This document shows positions 38,965 through 49,087 of a stretch of DNA of 64,000 nt, in pieces. The notes beneath the pieces were generated by a model that did not search any database, was not told where the DNA came from, and worked only from the letters and a program-made list of their open reading frames with translations. Within the stretch, counting starts at the first letter, position 1, and each line of letters begins with the position of its first letter. This DNA is from a virus, in IMG/VR virus record IMGVR_UViG_3300000976_000009, positions 237,151 through 301,150 of that record; one strand, written 5' to 3'. The translations under genes and the position numbers were made by a program.

Positions 38965-39064
38965 TTAAAAATGTTAAGAGTTTTAGCATCATAGCTCGGT
39001 TGATATGGTTTAGAAAATAGTTTTACGTAGACTATACCACCCTTCCAAAACAGATGTTTTTTAA
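38965..39064 (+). ncRNA. Putative small structured RNA
   Basis: TTAAAAATGTT/GATGTTTTTTAA closing stem; ATAGTTT/AGACTAT hairpin. Confidence 0.35.
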
Positions 39065-39159
39065 ATTAAATGCAAATAAATTAGGAATAACCAAATAAAG
39101 TTCTTATATTTGTATTATCAGTTTAACCAATTAATAATAACCAATAAAAAGTAACTAAT

Positions 39160-39435
39160 ATGAAAAATAATTATTTATTAAGTGAGAAAGATTCTAACCA
39201 AGTATTTGCAGTAATTAAAGAAGTTGAACCAATTTCAGCACTTAGAAATACCGAATTAATTAATAAGGTTGGTATAGCTATTGAAGAAGAGTTTTGTTAT
39301 GAAGAAAAAGTTAAAGTAATTCATGATAGTTTTAGTGAAATGGGTGGAACACTTTATATGTCTTTCAAATGCGTTGGAGATTGTGATGAAGAAGAAATTA
39401 GAGAAGTAGAATTAAATTTAACTACAATATATTAA
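39160..39435 (+). CDS. Hypothetical protein
   Basis: Own promoter. Confidence 0.65.
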   Translation: MKNNYLLSEKDSNQVFAVIKEVEPISALRNTELINKVGIAIEEEFCYEEKVKVIHDSFSEMGGTLYMSFKCVGDCDEEEIREVELNLTTIY

Positions 39436-39599
39436 GTTTTATTTATAAAATACTAAAAGTTGTATGTGTTATATCATACGTTTTAGTTTATTTGGTTTAT
39501 GGGGCAATGTGGTGTTGCCCCAATTTTCTAAAAATAATTGTAAAAATTAGGAATAACCAAATAAAGTTGTTATATTTGTACCACACATAAATTAAAAAT

Positions 39600-39926
39600 A
39601 TGAAAAAAGGATTTATTATAGTACTAGTTCTTGGACTAATTTTAGCATACCCAATTGCAAAATTTTCAAGTGTTGAAGTAATTGAAGTAACCATTACTGA
39701 TAAAGAAAGAATTTCAACAGGGAGTGGTGATGATTTAGAACATAAATTCCTAATATATACTAAAAATGAAGTATTCGAAAATACTGATGCTTTATTTCAA
39801 ATGAAATGGAATAGTACTGATGTTCAAAATGATTTGAAAAAAGATTCAACTTATAAAGTTAAAGTATGGGGTTGGAGGATGCCGTTTTTCTCAACCTATA
39901 GAAATATTATTTCAATTGAAAATTAG
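39600..39926 (+). CDS. Secreted/membrane-anchored phage protein
   Basis: N-terminal TM; VTITDKER, VFENTD and GWR.PFFS.YRNII motifs. Confidence 0.7.
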   Translation: MKKGFIIVLVLGLILAYPIAKFSSVEVIEVTITDKERISTGSGDDLEHKFLIYTKNEVFENTDALFQMKWNSTDVQNDLKKDSTYKVKVWGWRMPFFSTYRNIISIEN

Positions 39927-40240
39927 GAATAACCAAATAAATTATGTATCTTTATGTTATGGATAACGTGATGTTTAATGAAGAATTTGAAGTTGAAGTC
40001 TTAGAGCATTTCACTTACGCTCAACTAGAATATTTTTCCAATACCTTAGTAAATGCTATTAAGGATTTGGAAGAGATAAAAATGATGGCTGTTCTTTGTC
40101 AAAAAGATAAAGTAGCTGTCGAGTACCAAAGGTACATACACATAGCTAGAGCAAACCGAGAGGCAATGCTTGTTGTTATGTTAGCTAAAGAAGGTGATGT
40201 TTGTGAACATACAGATATTGAAACTGTTTGGCTAAACTAA

Positions 40241-40322
40241 ATTGCACTTAATCCTCCGCTCGGAGGTAATTCATAAGTGGTTTTAATGATGACAGAAAAG
40301 GCGAGGTGGTTCTCGCCTTTTC
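40241..40322 (+). ncRNA. Candidate sRNA complementary to the class-1 early leader
   Basis: Hairpin CACTTA..CCTCCG/CGGAGG..TAAGTG, then TGGTTTTAATGATGAC (complement of GTCAT.ATTAAAACCA), then terminator GAAAAGGCGAG/CTCGCCTTTTC. Confidence 0.5.
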
Positions 40323-40385
40323 GCTTATATAATAAAATTTAATAAATGATTAGTTAATTCGTTAAATTTTATGTATATTTGTAAT

Positions 40386-40793
40386 ATGAGTATAGATATT
40401 AAAGAAAACAGATTATCAAAAGATTGGGGTAATCTATTAGCAGCTTTCATTGGTGAAAATCATAACGACTGGGTTATTGCTAAAGAAAAAGGTATTGAAA
40501 AAGCTATAATAGAATTATTAAGTCATATAGGTATTCGTGCTATTGTTAAAACAGATAGATATAGCCTACCTTATACACATTCAGTTAGTGTTTCTAATGG
40601 ACAAAGTTCATATATACCAGATATATATGATACGACTATGTTAAGACGTAAATTACTTAAAGAAGTCATAGATATGAATACTAATAAAATCAGATTTTAT
40701 GTTTACATCCACACAACTGATGGCATAGGAGAAGGGTTTAAAAATATCTTTACTAGAAAATTCAATATTGAAATTAGATTTTATCCACATTAA
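40386..40793 (+). CDS. Hypothetical protein
   Basis: Start right after TATATTTG. Confidence 0.65.
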   Translation: MSIDIKENRLSKDWGNLLAAFIGENHNDWVIAKEKGIEKAIIELLSHIGIRAIVKTDRYSLPYTHSVSVSNGQSSYIPDIYDTTMLRRKLLKEVIDMNTNKIRFYVYIHTTDGIGEGFKNIFTRKFNIEIRFYPH

Positions 40794-41107
40794 TGAAGTC
40801 AATTAATCAAATATTTAGAACAAATCCAGACCTAATGAATGAATCAGAGGTCAAAGAATTAATCGAGTACGCACAAGAACTTGAAGAAGAAGTGATTGAA
40901 TCTAACCAATCGAAACAATGGAGTTTTGAAGATAAATTAACTGAGTTAACTAGGGATGTTTTTAGAGGATTAAAAGATATTGAAAAGCAAGAAAATGAGC
41001 ATAATCGTTGGGGTGATGAATTTCCTAAACCAAATTATGAGGAATCATTTAAAAACCTAAAACAGTATTTCTTAAATTTTGCAAAAGATAATAATTTTAG
41101 ATTATAA
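40793..41107 (+). CDS. Hypothetical protein
   Basis: TAATG-coupled ORF. Confidence 0.7.
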   Translation: MKSINQIFRTNPDLMNESEVKELIEYAQELEEEVIESNQSKQWSFEDKLTELTRDVFRGLKDIEKQENEHNRWGDEFPKPNYEESFKNLKQYFLNFAKDNNFRL

Positions 41108-41110
41108 TTT

Positions 41111-41587
41111 ATGAATATATTTGTACTAGATACTAATGTTAATAAGTGTGCTGAGTATCATAATAATAAACATGTTGTTAAAATGGTACTTGAAACAGCA
41201 CAATTACTTTGTGGTGTTCACCATATGACTAAAGGTGAAAAAGATATAGAAAACATTCCATATAGATTATCTCATAAGAATCACCCATGTGCAATATGGG
41301 CAAGGACTTGTATTGAAAATTATATTTGGTTATGTAAGTTAGGTATAGCACTTAGTGAAGAATATACTGTTAGATATGGTAAAACACATAAATCTCAGCA
41401 AGTAATTCAATGGTGTTATGATAATTTACCCAACATTAATAGTAATGGTCAAATGAGTGAGTTTCCATTAGCTATGCCAGAAGAATGTAAAAAAGACACA
41501 GCAGTTAATTCATATCGTAATTACTATATGACTGAAAAGCGTAATATTGCTGATTGGAAATGTTCAAAACCATTTTGGTATAAATAA
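41111..41587 (+). CDS. Pyrimidine-dimer DNA glycosylase / DenV-like family protein
   Basis: MNIFVLD, HVVKM.LETAQLL, HKNHPC.IW, EY..RYGK.H, AMP and YR.YY motifs. Confidence 0.8.
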   Translation: MNIFVLDTNVNKCAEYHNNKHVVKMVLETAQLLCGVHHMTKGEKDIENIPYRLSHKNHPCAIWARTCIENYIWLCKLGIALSEEYTVRYGKTHKSQQVIQWCYDNLPNINSNGQMSEFPLAMPEECKKDTAVNSYRNYYMTEKRNIADWKCSKPFWYK

Positions 41588-41644
41588 ATTTGGTAGATTC
41601 AAATATTATTCTTATATTTGTATTGTCATTAAAAACCAAATTGA

Positions 41645-43527
41645 ATGGGAATATTAGATAATATAGGTAATTTTAGGGTTGGTGGCTCAATTGATGCACA
41701 ATTTCGAACAGGTAATGCCTTAGAACGTATTATGATAGCCTCTGGTCAACAAGTTGGTGGATTCACCTCTTTCTTGACTACATTAGAGCTTTTTGGATAT
41801 CTCCTATTAATGTTTACTGGGATATTCATTATCTGTGCATTCGCAATTATATATATTCTAATATTTGTTGCTAGAGTATGGGGTTACTTATTTCCTTCAA
41901 AAGCTCAAAAAAAGGCATATGCTAAGGCTAAAGCAAATGGTGAGTTCATGAGTGATAAGGAATTAGAACAAAGACTTAACAGATTCGAATTAACAAAAGA
42001 GGAAGAAGAAGAAATTAAAAATATGCATTAATATAAATTCATGGGAAAATTAGATAATAATAATAATAATTGGTTCTCTACAAATGATAATATTGATACA
42101 GGTGTATCGGTATTAATTGGTATTATATTTATACTACTTGGGTTTAAACTCCTTAATGATTTAAATAATAGTGATGAAACTAATGATATTACTATTGATA
42201 CTGAATTAGTTCAATGTATTGAACAGGGATTCATTGACAATAAATTTGTGGTAGATACTACAATGATTGATTATCCAGATTGGGTATATAATGATATGGT
42301 AATAACGTATTATAGTAACAGTTTTATTAGAGTTAGTATTGATAATACTAACATTAATATTAGTGATGATGAAGAAGAAAGAATTAAAACAATTTTAAAC
42401 ACTTATTCCGACTATACTTATGTCGGTACTCAAAGGAGATTAAGAAATAAATTCACAAAAGATTGTAAATAATTATGAAAGAAATGTCTTTATGGGATAA
42501 ACTTCTATTAAAGGGTTTTACCTACAAAATAATAACACACCCATTAAGTTTTTTTGATAAAATTAGAAATTTATTTGGGGCAAATATTAAAGGGAAAAAA
42601 GAAACTAATTTTGAACATCTTATTAAAATAATTAATGGTAAAAGTGTTGAAGTATTTGGTTTAGATATCTGGTATACTAGAGTTACTGTTGATGGTGAAA
42701 CAATATTTGATGCTAGAAGATTTAATGATGATATTTTGTTTGATGCAATAAATAATGCAACAAAAAAACCGACTACTAACAAAGAAGATAAGTGTATCTG
42801 TGATATGAATGCGAATGGTGAGCAAATCGGTGGGTTTTGTTTAAAACATAAGACCGATTGGTTGTAAATTATTAAAAATGCCAAAAAATTTAATTATATT
42901 ATATTTCTCAATATTATGTTTCGTTGCAATTATTGGTTGTGTTGTCTCAATATTCAAGTATAATAAATTATATAAAGTTAATATTGTTGAAGCCAGACCC
43001 AAACTAATTGGTGCTTTAATTAACTTTGGTGTTGCACTTATTTCATTTGTGATAATTCTATTAAACCGATAATGATGTTATATACTATAGTATTTCTTGT
43101 GGCAATTGTCTTACTAATTATTGGTGAGAAACTTAAATTATATAGTAGAGTAACTAGTTTAGTTAGATATAGACTAGATATGATTATTCTTTTATTTGCA
43201 AAGAAATGCCATAAGCAGTTAGAAAAGGATAAGGAAATACACAAAGAAATTATTAAGTCTAATTTCACCAAACAGTATAAGCGAAGTCCATACAGTTGGA
43301 TGTGGTTGATATTACCGCATTGGAGATGGTATCTAGCTAAGTATGAACCTAAAAAATATGCCCAAAGATATTCTGATGCCACTACTGATAGACCACCAAA
43401 ATCTCATCGGTTAAAGTTATGGAAAATTAATGGTTATAAATATAAATTTTATTTACTTAGGAGACTAAAAACTAATTCAATAATTAATAAACATATTAAA
43501 TTAGCACTAGAGGAAAAGAAAAGATAA
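41645..43527 (+). other. Run of five small membrane/hypothetical CDSs (41645, 42041, 42475, 42878, 43072)
   Basis: Abutting ORFs, most with TM segments. Confidence 0.65.
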
Positions 43528-43568
43528 AAATAGTTGGTTTTACAATAACTTATTCGTATATTTGACTT

Positions 43569-45665
43569 ATGGATTTTTTTATAATATTATTACTACTGAT
43601 TTTTAGTGGATTCATAGGTATTAGTGCCTTAAAGGTACGTAATAAAGTTAAGCGTACTAGGTTTATTGATAATCTACCCAATAATATAATTAAGGATTGG
43701 AGTGCTAACACAAGTAGTTACAAGATAAGTACTTATAATTCTGATGATATAATTGCCGTATATCGTTTTAACAATGGAGATAAAATTAGTCTTTTTAAAA
43801 TTCTTGATAAGAAAGTTATTGTATACGATAAAAAAAGAGGTAGAACAACTAACCATGTTATTTATTCATGGGATTGGAACGAAATTATTAGTGTACTTAA
43901 TAAAGTATTAGATAAAGCTAATGGTGGTTCTAAATACCGTACATCTAACTCAAAACCTAAACCAAAGAAAACTAACCCAAACCACTCACACCCAAAATGG
44001 GATAGATATTGGTCACTTATTCTAACAATTAGACAAAGAACTACAAACCTAGAGAATTACCCTAAAGGTCACCCAGATAGACCTTCAAGAGTTAATGAAT
44101 TGAACTCAGCTAAGAGAAGAGCTAAAGCAATGAAGGAAAGATACAACTTTTAAATACTATACTATATGAATTACATTGTCATTAAAACAATCCCAACTGA
44201 GGAACTAAAAGAACATAAAGATTATATTGGGTATCTATTCAAAAACCAAGATGGTGTTTACAATATATGTGACACTTTGGAAGATATTGTTAAGTCAAAC
44301 CAATGGTCTAACAATAGACCAGTCCATTCAATTATGGTATCGGATGAGCCAATTAAAGTTGGTGATAAAATACTAGTTACTTGTGTTAACCAAGAGATGA
44401 ATGGTAAAACATTTACTTATAATGGTGATGCAACAACAGGTGTCGATTTAACCTCCCTAACTGATAGGGGTGGTAATGAAGTCTTAACAACTAAATTCAT
44501 TTTGGATGGTGCATATAAGGTTTTAAGAGCTACTAATAGAGAGGATAAAGAGAAGTTGGTCAATGGAATTATTACACCAATTTTAAAATAATTCACTAAA
44601 TGTTTGGTAGTTAGATATATTATTCTTATATTTGTATCAGTCATTAATTAAAACCAACTAAAATGGGTAACTTAGATAAAATATTAGAGCCATTATTTAC
44701 AACAACTAATAAGTGGAAAATATTCATTGTTTCATTTATTTCTATTTTTATTGTTGGAGTAACTATATCGTATCTGTTTAGTGATAATACAAAAGCTTCA
44801 ATATTATTCGCTTTGTTTTTAGCATTTTTATTTAGTGGTGTATTTACATCTATGATTGCATTATCTAGACTTAGCATTGAATTTTATAAATTTGCCGAAG
44901 ATGTGGAAAATATGATTCGCAATAATGACCCATATAATGATGTTTTGAATAAACTTAAGGAATTAGATAAGCTGTCATTTCATAGAACAACTAGTGAGCG
45001 AATTAGAGAGTTGATTAAGATGACTGAAATTAAATATGGTGTCCAATTATTAAAACGTTAATATGAAAGAAACTAAATTAACATTAGATATTATACAAGG
45101 ACTTGGGATGGAAAGTCAAAGCTACAAACCAGACCATGATGATTTTGGACTAAAGTTTTTATTACCTAAAACTGGATTCGAATTAACTTGTCTTACAGTA
45201 TGTAATGGTGAACCATGTGATAGTGATTCATTAGAAGGAATGGACGGTTGGTTATATATTACAACCAAAGAAGAGATTGAAAGAGTAATGGAGTTAGATG
45301 AGAACCAATTGTTTGAGTTTATTGAGGCTGATAACCCAGAATTTGATAGAGAAGATTTCGAATAAATACCATAGAACATGAAAAAATTATTATTTTTAAT
45401 GGTTGTATTACTATTGACTAGTTGTGTTGATAAGAATCTGACTGAAAAGAAAACCAAATACACTATTGAAATTCTATATGAAAATGGTGATAGTGAAAGT
45501 ATTTCACAAGTAAGAACTTATTTTGACAAATCTTGGTATTATTTAAGTGAAGATGGTTGTCTAATATATAAAAGTAATAATAAATTCCTTTTTGAACGGG
45601 TTGCTTGTGATGTTCGTAGGTTTAATATCACAAAAAAAGAAAATTTATTAAAAGAAGAATTTTAA
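43569..45665 (+). other. Run of hypothetical CDSs (43569, 44166, 44663, 45063, and lipoprotein 45378)
   Basis: Abutting ORFs; promoter at 44603-44634 with class-1 leader; LLTSC lipobox in 45378. Confidence 0.65.
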
Positions 45666-45678
45666 TACTATATAAGAT

Positions 45679-46229
45679 ATGACTGGTACAGCAAAAGTAA
45701 AAGATGATAGTAGTTTCCGTTATAAAGGATTAACATTAAATATTATTGGTGTTTACAATGTCCATATGAGTGAGATATGTCACGATATATACCCATTGGG
45801 TAGTGTAACATATAAACTCTCATTAGATGGCACACAATGGGAAGGTGAGCAGTCTTATACTGTTATTCATGAAAGTGAATTAGAAGACATTACCCCAAAA
45901 GGTTCAGTAGAAGCTAATGTATGGTATGACCGTCTTAAAAATAGTGGTCAGAAAGTTGTTAACAACTATTCAACCCAAATGCTGATAAGTCAATTGACGA
46001 TATTTATGAGGCATATCTTAAACAAGCTAACCTTGAAAGAGGTAAGGGTGTTAAGTCGTCAAATGATTTGAAAGTTGGTGATGATGCGTTTTTCAGAAAA
46101 ACTGTTCAACGTAATGGTAAACCAGATATTGAATATGAACCAATTGTTATTGAACAAGCTGATATTGAACAAATTAGTCAATACAAAGGCACAACGTTTG
46201 AAGACTTTTGGTATATTGCAAAGCAATAA
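45679..46229 (+). pseudogene. Hypothetical protein with a frameshift near 45961
   Basis: A shifted frame continues QLFNPNADKSIDDIYEAYLK...FWYIAKQ* to 46229, ending just before the next ATG at 46240. Confidence 0.55.
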
Positions 46230-46239
46230 ATATAATAGT

Positions 46240-46704
46240 ATGAAATTTAGAGTCCCAAGAAAAATTAGAAAAAAGATAGGTAAGAAAATCTATCTATATC
46301 CACCAGATAAGGATGGTAACTCTTTAATGGCTAAACCTTTAGAGAATCAAAGAGATTATACTGCGTTCTTACAAGGTATACTTAGAACACCATTCCATTT
46401 TACTAAAGCTGAGCAAAAGCAAATGTCAATTGAATGGAATGCTAAATTTAATAAGGTGGTTGAGATTTCTGATGAAGAACTACTTGAAGCGGTTAATAAT
46501 ATATTTGGTGAAGACTATCGAGATAATGCTTACAATGTATTACTTAGAGCAAAGAGTCACCCAATTGCAATTAGTGATTACTATACATTTGTTAATGCTT
46601 GGGGATTGATTCAAAATGGTGAACGATATGGTAATGTGGCTTGTATGTGTATTGATAGTGCTGAGGATAACTTAAAACGTAGTAAGCCTAGAAAACGAAA
46701 GTAA
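46240..46704 (+). CDS. Hypothetical protein
   Basis: Likely true start MKFRVPRK. Confidence 0.7.
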   Translation: MKFRVPRKIRKKIGKKIYLYPPDKDGNSLMAKPLENQRDYTAFLQGILRTPFHFTKAEQKQMSIEWNAKFNKVVEISDEELLEAVNNIFGEDYRDNAYNVLLRAKSHPIAISDYYTFVNAWGLIQNGERYGNVACMCIDSAEDNLKRSKPRKRK

Positions 46705-46705
46705 T

Positions 46706-47828
46706 ATGAAAAAGAAATATTTAGTATTTTCAAATAAGTTACACGAATATACTATTGTCTCAAAACTAAGGGATGATAATACTACTATTCATACATTATC
46801 ACATTCACATGGTGAACAATGGTCTGAAACAACCAAAGGTAAGAAATGTTTGCAAATTATTGAAGGTGACTTAGAAATGGAAATTGTTAAACCAAAAATT
46901 GGTATGCAGTCTTATTCTGATATTATTGAAATGAAATTATTAATTGATTTTATAACTTCAAAATATAATAATGATGAATTTAAAGTAATTGAAGAAAAAA
47001 ATGTGAATAAATTTGGTAATTAGAATTAAATGTATTATATTTGTACCAGTCATTAATTAAAACCAAATATTATGTTTAAAGATAAAGAATTTACTGTTGA
47101 ACAAGGACTTAAAATTCAAGGTGAACAATTAACTGAATGGGAAAGTAAACTACACCCAGAATGTTATAAAGACTTAGTAGCACATGCTACTTCGACAAAC
47201 CACCTAGCTAAAAGTGGCTTGGAAGTTTGTCGAGGAAATAGTCTTTCAAATTTCATAGCCAATTGGAAGCCTAGTAAGGATGTTAAACCAAATGTTCAAT
47301 TTGAGAATGTTAAAATTGAAGCTGGTGATAGTGTTATGAGTAAGGATGGTAGTTTTATTGTTGATGGGTTTTATTACCATTTGAGAGCCTTATTTGTCAC
47401 CACAAAATGTGGTAAAACAATTAAAGGTTATGGAATTACTGGTGTAATTAAAAAAGATTAATATGGTAGGTTTTATATTATTATGTTTAGTAGCATTAGT
47501 TTTATTAATAACAGGTATTATATCAGTAAATGAGTATGATAGTTCTGGTTTTTGGCTTATAATATTTGCGATAATTATCGCATTACTTAGTGTTACTGAG
47601 AAAACAACTAAAATTGGTGAACCATTGTTAATTGACCATAACAAAATTTCCGTTATGTATGATGAAAATGTGGTAATTATTAGATATGATGGTAATACAT
47701 TTGAATATACTGATGTGAAAAAATACAAAGCAATTAAAAAAGGTAAATTTAAATTATTTGTTATTAAAGAATATAATATTCTTGGTAATTTAAAAAGTAG
47801 AAGGTTTGAACTAAAATTAATAGAATGA
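46706..47828 (+). other. Hypothetical CDSs 46706..47023, 47072..47461 and 47463..47828
   Basis: ORFs; promoter at 47012-47043 with class-1 leader. Confidence 0.65.
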
Positions 47829-47999
47829 AAAAAGTAACGACAGTTGAATTAATGAAAGACGGTGTATCATTAGGACATGCACCATTGATACAAGAAAAAG
47901 GTAAAAAAGCAGTCATGTTACATGATGGTAATGAGCCACTTACGTTCGAAACAGCAAAGTTAGCGAAAGAAGAAGGTAAAAAATATATTGAAAAATTTG

Positions 48000-48023
48000 G
48001 ATAAGTAATTTAAATTACTTATC
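48000..48023. promoter_or_regulatory. Perfect 24-bp palindrome inside the promoter of the tmRNA-like RNA
   Basis: GATAAGTAATTT|AAATTACTTATC, between TTTG and TATCTTTA. Confidence 0.6.
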
Positions 48024-48039
48024 TTTACAATATGAAAAT

Positions 48040-48264
48040 GGGGTTGACAATTTGGTTATACCTTTCCTACTTAGCGGTAGGTGACAAGTAGGGTTAGGCT
48101 CGACCTCAAATATGAGCATGATAGAAAGATTCACAAGGAAGTCATAACATCTGATATGTGAGTTAATCTTGAATTAGAATACGAGATGATGGGTTCTACT
48201 GTTATATCCCCACCATAAGTAGACTACAAACGAAAAGGGGGAGGTTCGATTCCTCCCAACTCCA
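48040..48264 (+). ncRNA. Compact tmRNA-like RNA (Ala identity G3-U70, no obvious canonical tag ORF)
   Basis: Acceptor GGGGTTG/CAACTCC-A; stemless D-loop; P2-like CCTTTC/GAAAAGG; T-arm GGAGG-TTCGATT-CCTCC; 3' H-type pseudoknot; smpB in the same window. Confidence 0.72.
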
Positions 48265-48362
48265 CAAAAACAGTGCAACAAAGCAAAGTAAGATTGCCGT
48301 CTGAAACACTAAGTTAAAGCTGTTCTATTTAGGCAATATCGGCAAATATTAGTTAGGTAGTT

Positions 48363-48433
48363 AGAGTGTATAGTTTAATTGGTAGAACAGCCCCGATGAG
48401 GGGCGGGTTTGGGTTCGAGTCCCAATGCATCTC
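48363..48433 (+). tRNA. Aberrant tRNA (5-nt anticodon loop, bulged acceptor stem, C discriminator)
   Basis: D-arm GTTT-AATTGGTA-GAAC; GCCCC-GATGA-GGGGC; T-arm TTGGG-TTCGAGT-CCCAA; ends C-CTA. Confidence 0.75.
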
Positions 48434-48456
48434 CTAAATTATTAATAATAAAGAAT

Positions 48457-48828
48457 ATGAAAACACCTTGTTATATTATTTTAGCAACTAACACCAAAAC
48501 TGGTGAAATACAAGGTAGAATTGAAAATTCATTTTCAATGGGTCTTTCTGATGATTTTGTTAGAGTAGAAAGAGCTTGGGAATACAACTATACTGCTAGA
48601 AATAAAGGTGTTAGTAACAAAAGAGCGACAACAATAACACTAAGAGAAACTTGTAATAAATTAAACCAACACCCAAATACACCAAAAGATGTTACATTTA
48701 ATTTTTATAGAGTTGGTTCTAAACATTGTCCAGTTAAATTAGATTGGGTGAATATTATTAAACGTAAGAAAAAAGAAAAAGGTTGTAGTAAATTTGATGC
48801 TAGAAATTTACGATTTAAAATTAAATAA
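48457..48828 (+). CDS. Hypothetical protein
   Basis: Start MKTPC after the tRNA-like gene. Confidence 0.65.
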   Translation: MKTPCYIILATNTKTGEIQGRIENSFSMGLSDDFVRVERAWEYNYTARNKGVSNKRATTITLRETCNKLNQHPNTPKDVTFNFYRVGSKHCPVKLDWVNIIKRKKKEKGCSKFDARNLRFKIK

Positions 48829-48830
48829 TT

Positions 48831-49085
48831 ATGAAAAAAATATTAATGTCATTATTGATAATCACTTTAATCACATCTTGTTCAACACCAAATCAACGTG
48901 CTGAAATAGTTGAAGAATTTGGTGAAATAATTTGGAGACAATCACCCACATCACATGATGTTTTTGAGACATTTTTATGTAAAGATGAAAATAATCACCT
49001 ATCTATTATTAGAGTTCAAGATGATGCTTCAATATCTTCAATAAATAAAATTAGTGGTTATAAAGTAATTCCAATTTGTGATTAA
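48831..49085 (+). CDS. Lipoprotein
   Basis: Lipobox LITSC. Confidence 0.65.
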   Translation: MKKILMSLLIITLITSCSTPNQRAEIVEEFGEIIWRQSPTSHDVFETFLCKDENNHLSIIRVQDDASISSINKISGYKVIPICD

Positions 49086-49087
49086 GT

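Noticed and set aside
39444-39521. Two hairpins after ORF 39160
   Set aside because: Adequately explained as terminator/processing stems before the next promoter
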